Origin: Octopus vulgaris
Lineage: Eukaryota
Length of the DNA stretch: 64,000 nucleotides
Assembly (NCBI GenBank): GCA_951406725.2
Contig: OX597825.1
Coordinates: forward strand, 17,546,001-17,610,000
Reading direction: 5' to 3'
The translations under genes were made by a program, and so were the position numbers. Shown here one piece after another: positions 55,564-64,000 of the stretch. The notes below the pieces were generated by a model, which worked only from the letters and a program-made list of their open reading frames with translations, did no database searches and was not told the DNA's origin. Position 1 is the stretch's first letter. Each line of letters opens with the position of its first letter.

Positions 55564-55860
55564 TCTCTTATTATAAAAGGCAGATTTTATCTGCCTCCCT
55601 TTGGGAGTTATACAAATCTACAATATAGGATTTCTTCAATTACAATTTACCTAGCAATTTTAAGAGTACAATGCATCGCGTCATGCCAGGTCCAGTTTTT
55701 AAAATTTAAACTCCAATTAAGCAAAATTTACAGAAAACTCACATTCTGGTGTGTGTGTCAAATGCTTTTCTTAGTCTGGTTTACACCACACGCAAACGCA
55801 CACACACAGTGTGCTACGAATAAAGTGAAACTAATTCAGTGTGTTGACAGGTAGACAATA
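55564..55860 (+). mobile_element. Possible Helitron 5' fragment
   Basis: Starts A|TCTCTTATTATAAAAGGC, like Helitron 5' ends. No CTAG 3' terminus was found. Confidence 0.35.
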
Positions 55861-56016
55861 GAATGCGATGACGACTATGACGCTGATAGATAGATGAGTA
55901 AAATGTATGGGAAGCTAACTCATAAGAGTGAGTGAAAATGTTCTTGGAAGAGAGTAAATAGCCAGAGAGTAATAAAGTAAACATACACTCATACATACAT
56001 ACATACATACATACAT

Positions 56017-56056
<40 letters not shown>

Positions 56057-56409
56057 ACATACATACACACACACATACATACATACACACATACATACAT
56101 ACATACATACATATACATACATACATACATATACATACATACATACACACACACACACATACACACACACACAGTATTGAAGCTTGAGAACAATCAGATA
56201 CATCTGCAACACATCTGTTGAAAATATTATTGTTCACACACATACATATACATATATACATACAGAGAGACAGACAGATAGACACACACACACATGATCC
56301 AGCATGGCCACAACCTCAAGGCTGAAACGTATAAAACAATAACAGAATATAAATGTGTGCATGTGTGTGAGAGAGAGAGTGTGTGTGTATATGTATGTAT
56401 GTATATATA

Positions 56410-57003
56410 TATAATAATGCGGGTATTTTCAACAGCTTGAACTAAATGTCAGAGGGGAATGGGATAAACTACTTATATTAACTTGCTATGAAAGCAGGTA
56501 GTAATTTTATCTTGTCCTTATTCATAGTGCAAGTTTTGAAGAGTGCATTTCGATTTTAACAGCTATTTTTTTCAAAGCTATATTGGAAGTAACAAAGGAG
56601 CATATTTGGCATATTTTGCTTTATGAGTTCAATAAAGACAACAACGCAACGGAAAGTACAAGAAATATTAATGCAGTATATGGGGATTGGACAATAAGCG
56701 TAAGGCAGTGTCAATGGTGGTTCCAGAAATTCCGAGCCATAAACTACAGCCTAGAAGACGAGCCTCATCCTGAAAGATCTGTAGAACTCGACAAGGACAT
56801 CCTGAAAACCCTGGTGGAACAAAATCTCATCGTAACTGTTGAGGAACTAGCAGAGAAGCTTGGATTTGGTCATTCAACCATTCATTGAGACCTGTGTGCT
56901 ATCGGAAAAGTCAGCAAATTGGGTCAATGGGTTCCTCACGAACTTTCCGAGTCTAATTGCATGCAGAGAGTGAATGTATGCTTTTCTTTGCTGTCACATC
57001 TCA
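56410..57003 (+). mobile_element. Mariner (Hsmar1/SETMAR-like) transposon, 5' part; transposase pseudogene
   Basis: ORF 56583-56888 reads KEHIWHILLYEFNK..NATESTRNINAVYG..TISVRQCQWWFQKFR..NYSLEDEP. After an in-frame stop it continues GKVSKLGQWVPHELSE (the WVPHEL motif). The catalytic domain is absent. Confidence 0.92.
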
Positions 57004-57023
57004 CCACTACTGCGCTATGTATA

Positions 57024-57658
57024 TCTATATATATAAAACTGTAGTTGTGTGAGTGTCTGTCCCCTTCGATTTAGATTCCTAACTACTCCCACATTTTGCG
57101 GTGCAGTTTAACCAAATTCGGGTAGCTTATAGTCGTGATTCATATCGAGCCCGTCTGACTATTAGCGCGCGTCAACGATGAGTCTACGATTTTAAAAATA
57201 ATTTAACATCATTTTTTATTCCATTTTAATGCATAATTTTTCGTGTGTCGATGGCGGCGGAGTTGGCGTCCACGCTCACACCTGCACCTGTGGGGAAGGG
57301 AGTGTAAGGAAATCAACGTCGTAATGCGTTGTCAAGGAGACCAGCGTTCTTTTAGAACAACGACTTCATGGCTTGAAGACACCAAAACAGAAATGGCTAA
57401 GAAAGCGTCTACATGAGTCTACGATTTAAAAAAAAATTTACCATCGTTTTTTTTCCATTTTAATGCATTTTTCGCTATTATATAAGGGAAGTAACTCTCT
57501 AAAAATGTCTACGATGAGTCAACGATTTTAAAAAAATTTACCATCATATTTTTTCCATTTTTAATGGATTTTTTCCTATTTTTTGGCTATAACTCTCTAA
57601 AAATGCTTATATAGTTATTTCCCTTACAAACCCGAGCAACGCCGGGCGATACTGCTAG
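57024..57658 (+). mobile_element. Non-autonomous Helitron, complete
   Basis: A|TCTATATATATAAAAC ... hairpin CCCGAGCAACGCCGGG (57631-57646) ... CTAG|T. Three internal imperfect repeats (gatgagtctacgatttaaaaa...ccatt). Confidence 0.9.
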
Positions 57659-57674
57659 TATATAAATATATGCA

Positions 57675-57705
<31 letters not shown>

Positions 57706-57930
57706 GTACTTTTTTTTTCGAAAAATATAAATTTAATAGATATAAATTTAATAGTGGTCACTTCCGGACTCTCCCACTCTGTGAGTGCCTCAGTTCAAAT
57801 CGCACGTGTCTTGAATGGGCTGGAGTATTTCTACTTTGGATTTATATGGGGTACTTAGTTGTGCTCATGACTTAGTGTGTTTGCTTCTTCCATGGGTATG
57901 AGTAAGTATCTCATTTACTTCTTTGCCACA

Positions 57931-57988
57931 TGTATCATTGACGAAGGGAGGGTTCTTTTTGAACTAACCCTGAAATTGGTTTGATACG
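57931..57988 (+). ncRNA. Type I hammerhead-ribozyme-like motif within a TA-flanked element (~57707-58140)
   Basis: Stem I UGUAUCA/UGAUACG; core UUGACGA (57938-57944); stem II AGGG/CCCU plus GUUC-UUUUU-GAAC; GAAA (57972-57975); loopless stem III AUUGGU; cleavage triplet GUU. Confidence 0.68.
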
Positions 57989-58139
57989 GTAATAATGGAA
58001 ATTTTTAGAGATTTCTGTCGACCTTTTTTCGAGTAGCGTGCGTACTGGGGAAAAAATTATATGGTAAATGGACAATATGTCCAAATTTTCGGCATAGTAG
58101 GCATTAGAAAATTTTTACTTTTTGCCCTTATTTATAAGT

Positions 58140-58192
<53 letters not shown>

Positions 58193-59319
58193 TATTATTA
58201 TTATTGCGTGTGTGTGTAATACATTTACAACAATAGTGCTTCATCCCGCTAGGTTTCCTCGAACTTTTGGCGTCACTGCCATCCCTATTCTTGTAAATGC
58301 ATATTAAATATGCACTCTACAAACATATTCAGTAAACTTACATTTTAATACTAACTCAGCAAAAATAAAAAACCAAACAATCAAGCAAACACTCTCAAAC
58401 ACAGAAGCTGTTGAGTGCAGCAAGTTACTGCTTCTGCTATGGAGTGTATCTTATCTCAGAACACATGGTATTGAGGATTTATTAAACCCTTCAGCGCAGA
58501 ACTGATAATTAGATGATATTCAGGGAACATATTCAACGCTGTTTATCTACAAAGCTTATTGTAATACTTTGAAAATCTCGAGAACATTCCTCCCGTTTAT
58601 GAGACCACTGTCATTACCATCAATACGTGATTTGTTTAATATTCCAAATGCGGTTGAATTTCAATTTATTTACTGTGATTTTTCGAAAAAAAATCCATAT
58701 CGATGTTAAGTAAATTACCTCCTGGACACCTTTTCCATTAGTTTTCCAATCGTATCAAATCAGTACGTGTTTTATATACTTTGTTAATGCCTAGTGTATG
58801 GCCTAAGAAAAAAAAAAACGATTTCTTTGAATCTAATACGATGCAACATTGATTCCCAATATGTTTATTAATGGCATACATATATGTGGTATAAATGGGG
58901 TATACACGCATATTTTGAGCATATTTTCGTAACAATCAAATAACCTATATCTACTAAACTACTGAATAAACTTTATTTTTCTTAATTATTTTATGCTATG
59001 ATAGCTGAAACTACTGTTGCTTATTATTAGAATAATTTTATAAAAACATAGTTTACCTCAATTAAAACACTGTCAAGTTAAAACAAGGAGAGGATGCATT
59101 GGATCGTTGAGATCTATAAAAAGTGTAGCTGATCTGGAAAAGGGAAAGAGTGATATTTATGACTGGTTTGTTACGATCATAAATGTGTACTATGAATATT
59201 TCGGGCTGACATATCGGCATCAAACACTTCACTCTCTGTAATTTCGTGCTAAGCCGTGACGCTTGTTATAACTCTAAACATATGAAGTTATAACGGCTGC
59301 TGATATTATAGAAATTACT

Positions 59320-59510
59320 AAGGCGGTGAGTTGGCAGATTCCTTAGGGTGTCGAACAAAAGGCTTCGCGATGTTCAATCCCTCTATACATGTAGTGTTCA
59401 AATTCCGCCGCAGTCGAATCTGCTTTTTACCCTTTCGGGTTCGATGAAATAGATATCAGTTGAGCTCCCCCATAATTTCAGCTTGTCTGCCTGTATTAGA
59501 AAGGATTATT
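59320..59510 (+). mobile_element. SINE family B, diverged
   Basis: aaggcggtgagttggcag head; gttcaaattccgccgcagtcga; cctttcgggttcgat. Confidence 0.75.
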
Positions 59511-59610
59511 ATATAGATTACAAATCAAATATCCCTGCCCAATTTGCTTGACTCGTTATTAGATGTAGTTTCGTAAGAATCGTATTTTTGCAGCTTTAAA
59601 TGTTGGTATT

Positions 59611-60002
59611 GGTGGTGGTGGAAGCACTCCGTCGGTTACGACGACGAGGGTTCCGGTTGAACCGATCAACGGAACAGCCTGCACGTGAAATTAACGTGTA
59701 AGTGGCTGAGCACTCCACAGACACGTGTACCCTTAACGTAGTTCTCGGGGATATTCAGCGTGACGCAGAGAGTGACAGGGCCGACCCTTTTGAAATACAG
59801 GTACAACAGAAACAGGAAGTAAGAGTGAGAGAAAGTTGTGGTGAAAGAGTACAGCAGGGATCACCACCATCCCTGCCGGAGCCTCGTGAAGCTTTATGTG
59901 TTTTCGCTCAATAAACATTCACAACGCCCGGTCTGGGAATCGAAACCGCGATCCTACGACCGCGAGTCCGCTGCCCTAACCACTGGGCCATTGCGCCTCC
60001 AC
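59611..60002 (-). mobile_element. SINE with family C head and a different 3' tail; 13-bp TSD
   Basis: TSD aaatgttggtatt at 59598-59610 and 60003-60015. The head matches 39359-39560. The 3' ~190 bp is unrelated to other family C copies and ends in (CCA)n. Confidence 0.9.
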
Positions 60003-61139
60003 AAATGTTGGTATTATCACTCTAATCTCATTATTCTTTGCCTAAATATTGCTATTATTATTTCTTTAATTGTTGATAGTAGTTTCATAGAAGCCTCACA
60101 AATACTAACGACTCCCATCATTTATTTATTACTGCTTAAAATACTACTCTCATTTAGAGATTCGATCGTCTGCTAGTTTCGTACTAACCTTATAATTGTG
60201 TACACATTTGTAATATCACCGTCTCCATTACATGTCTCATTGGTCTCATTAACGATTTGTTTGCTTGCTTATGTCAATACCCAACTGGTTTAAATAACAT
60301 CACAGATTTTATTATTGATATTTCATTATTAATATTCTTATTTGTCTAATTACATAATTCATTTATTTTACTGGTTCCAGCAGACATTTCGTTACTAGCC
60401 TATTCTCAATAATGGTATCATCATTGCATCATACAGAATGCTTTCTTGTAGCCTCAGCATCCCTATAGCATTCGGCACTATCTTTAATAGAGAGGAACAT
60501 ATTGGCGAACGTAATTCTTGACACATTCGCAAGATGGGACAGCTAAATACGAAATGCTCTCCGACACACGTCAAGACATCGAGAGCAAACCCCGAATTAA
60601 TCAAGAACAACAATCATAAGTTAACTCCCTTAATTAATATTCTTGCAGGCTGAGTAAAGGGTTTTACAGATCGGGAATTGTTTGACTAGTAATCCTTATC
60701 CCTTAAACCATTCCGATCGCTTAGTCAACCAATGCCTTCTTCCCCGAATATCATATTCTGGAACCCTATTGTGCGTTGCAAATCTTCCAATATAGAAATA
60801 TATCAAGAGCCCTGAGGGACATATTAACAAATTAGGCTCTGCTCGAATAAAAACGTTACGATAGCAATTATGGAAACGTGCCAGAAATTACAGTAAATTT
60901 GTCGTAAAAGTATAGCAGCTGTTATCACTATAGTAGCTCTATATATTATAATAAATAGCTTCAACAAAGAAGGTGGTAGTGGCTGGGGAAAAAAACTTTA
61001 AAACGAACTAAAGTTTATACACACACACACAAACACAAGCACATAACATATACACACATATTTGCATGTATGTATGTGGATGAATATATATATATGTATA
61101 CATATATATATATATATATATATATGTGTGTATATATTT

Positions 61140-61200
<61 letters not shown>

Positions 61201-61256
61201 CTATACATGTATATACAAATATATGAGCATATATTTATATTATAAATGCTTAGATG

Positions 61257-61303
<47 letters not shown>

Positions 61304-61308
61304 ATATG

Positions 61309-61340
<32 letters not shown>

Positions 61341-61428
61341 TATGTATATAAATATATATATATATCAACATATATATATATATGTATATGTATATGTATA
61401 TGTATATATATGTATATATATATATATG

Positions 61429-61467
<39 letters not shown>

Positions 61468-61974
61468 TTATGTATGTGTGTGTACGTGTGTGTGTGTATG
61501 TGTGTGTGTGTGCGTTTTAAAGTTAATATGTTGTAGCGACCAGACAGCTGAATGTAACTAAACTACATAAATACAATTAAATTGCTATATCAAACAAATT
61601 ATATGTTTTACTTCCACATAAAACAATTCTGAAGATATTTAAGAGACTTGCTGTATATTGAGGCAAGATAAATATTGGTGCAGTTTTGTAGTGACAGCTC
61701 GTTTTGTTAAACAATTTTTAAAGATTATCATATTCATTATCGCAATCTTTTGTCTTATTTTACCAGACAATGCTGTCACTGGTGGAGAATTTTTTTTCCT
61801 ATCTACATATCAAACGTTGCCACCTACAGAAAATCAGAAAAGAAAAACCTGCGTCTAATCTTACTATACTAGAATTTTGAACGAAACCAACTGATTTCAC
61901 ACGTAGTATAGTTGAGTATATATGCAGTCATGTTTATGTATCTGTTTCGATATCGATATCTATATATTCATATT

Positions 61975-62135
61975 GATAGATAGATAAATAGATAGATAGA
62001 TAGAAATAGATAGACAGATAGAAAGTCAGATAGATAGAGAGACAAATAGATATATAGACAGATAAATAGATATATAGATAGACACACAGACATAGATTGA
62101 TAGGTAGATTGGCACACATACACAGACAGACAGAC

Positions 62136-62227
<92 letters not shown>

Positions 62228-62255
62228 GGACGGACGGATGGATAGATAGATAGAA
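61975..62255. repeat. (GATA)n microsatellite
   Basis: Directly visible. Confidence 0.95.
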
Positions 62256-62333
62256 ATATTTTATACTCACACACATACACACGGAACATGCATATACATA
62301 CATATATGTGAGTGTCTGTGTGGGTGTGTGTTT

Positions 62334-62563
62334 GTATATGGAGGTGGTGGCTTAGTGGTAAAGTTATTCAGCTCACGTTCCTAAGGTAGTAACTTATATA
62401 TGCGCACGCGCGCACACACTGAGTCACGCACACAGACATATATATATATATATATATATGTCTGTGTGCGTGACTCAGTGTGTGCGCGCGTGCGCATATA
62501 TAAGTTACTACCTTAGGAACGTGAGCTGAATAACTTTACCACTAAGCCACCACCTCCATATAC
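62334..62563. repeat. Perfect 230-bp palindrome centred on a (TA)n tract
   Basis: Arms are exact reverse complements about 62448/62449. Confidence 0.95.
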
Positions 62564-64000
62564 GCACACAGACATATATATATATATATATATATGCATG
62601 CACGCGTGCGTGCGTGTTTGTCTGTGTATGGTATGTGTGTATATGCATGTAAACATAATTTTGAGGTTTTTAATCTGAACTAAACCAAACATATTTTGCT
62701 CGTTTTCTGTTTCGAAAGAGCAGGGATACAGAATTGTAAAACGCTATTAATTCTCAGCAGCACTTGTGGTGAAATAGGAACCGTAGCTATTTAGCTGAAG
62801 TTTGTTACTGGTGTATGCAAGCTAATATATTAATGAAAATAGGCAGTATCAAAAGTCTTCGAATTAAATATCATAAACCAACACATTCATATTTATCTTA
62901 GGACCATGAAAGCATTTAATTAAAAGATGCTTTCTTAATGTTATCTTATTGCCTACCGGTTTATATAATCACAAGTAAGAAGCAATTTTGTGAACTAGGT
63001 CAGTCTAGTTTCATTATTAGTTGAAACAACGTTTTCTTTCTCGCTTTGCGAATTGTATTCTTATTCCTTAAATATAATTGATCACAAGATGATATTTCCT
63101 AGATTAGGTTATCTCAAACTCTTGGCATATATAGTGCTTCTTAGATTAGAAGATTTTCGGAAGCGAACAGACGTTTGAAAGATTTGTTATAGCTACGTTT
63201 AAAAAAACAATGATATTAAACGAAAGCTATGTTATTCTAGTTGAAATATTTATTTATAAGACGAAATTTTATGATTGAAACCTTATGAAAACAATGACGT
63301 ATATGAGTCCTCCTCCGACTAGTGTGTATCTTAACAATTTCAATTATGAATGCTTTCATAAGAGCAGTGAGCTTACGTACCAACTCTATTATTTATTGTT
63401 ATTGAACAGCGAAATATTTCTACCACATATATATGTAGATTTAAACTGCTTTCAAAACTTTCGCACTTATAATGAGGCATTTCATTAATGATATATTGCA
63501 AAGAGTTGTTTTTTCCTCATGTAATTTTACTTTACAATATCTATTTGCTGTTTCGTTCCCACCCCTAAAAGATCACATCAAATTTTTCAGTCTACAAAAC
63601 GCATTGAACCCAAATCTAGATTCATTTTCTATAGAAAATTATTGAAATTAATTTATTTTTGCAAAGATTTAGCATTTTTACACTTCGGGGAATTTTGTTT
63701 TTCGAGGGAAAGAGAATATAAACTTACTAAAAGACACGTGATGTAATCCTTAGCTAAGGTGTCATGCAAGATAATTAGTTTAAAGTGAGGTGCGTCTACC
63801 TGTACTTCGAAGTATCTTACACCGGTACTTTACATAATTAATAGCAAGGAAGTAGATATATTCCCAGAATATGAGAAACATCAAATAAAATTAACCAGGT
63901 TTTTACGGATTTCATGAAATATCATGAAGATGCAGTCGAGGACCTAGTAATTGATTTGTGGGAATCAATCGATTATAGTGTATGTTTAAGGTTTTGACTA

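Noticed and set aside
60390-60830. Coding-like stretch
   Set aside because: Frames are interrupted by stops and no family could be recognised.

Overview
This is eukaryotic, very AT-rich, repeat-saturated DNA. The SINE families and the (TA)n/(CA)n/(ATCT)n density resemble Octopus (coleoid cephalopod) genomes; this assignment is from pattern recognition, not a database search. I found no recognisable intact host gene, and nearly all listed ORFs are microsatellite artefacts ([12 protein letters not shown], poly-T/L/V). The window holds about 20 copies of three tRNA-like SINE groups, several with clear 12-14 bp target-site duplications. It also holds relics of Tc1 and mariner transposases, a hAT-type MITE, two complete non-autonomous Helitrons, and 5'-truncated LINEs of four clades (CR1, R4/Dong, RTE, L1/Tx1). 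The most interesting signal is a set of short non-coding elements, usually embedded in (TA)n tracts and often tandem or fold-back, carrying type I hammerhead-ribozyme-like folds. These include a ~490-bp tandem/inverted, circularly permuted unit at 16.8-18.4 kb with a hammerhead fold in each copy, plus further folds at 54.5 and 57.9 kb and weaker ones at 12.8, 29.2, 38.3 and 44.6 kb. They look like Penelope-like-element pLTR or retrozyme-type elements; two unrelated families share a UUGANGA (U3) core. All folds were paired by eye and need computational and biochemical confirmation.
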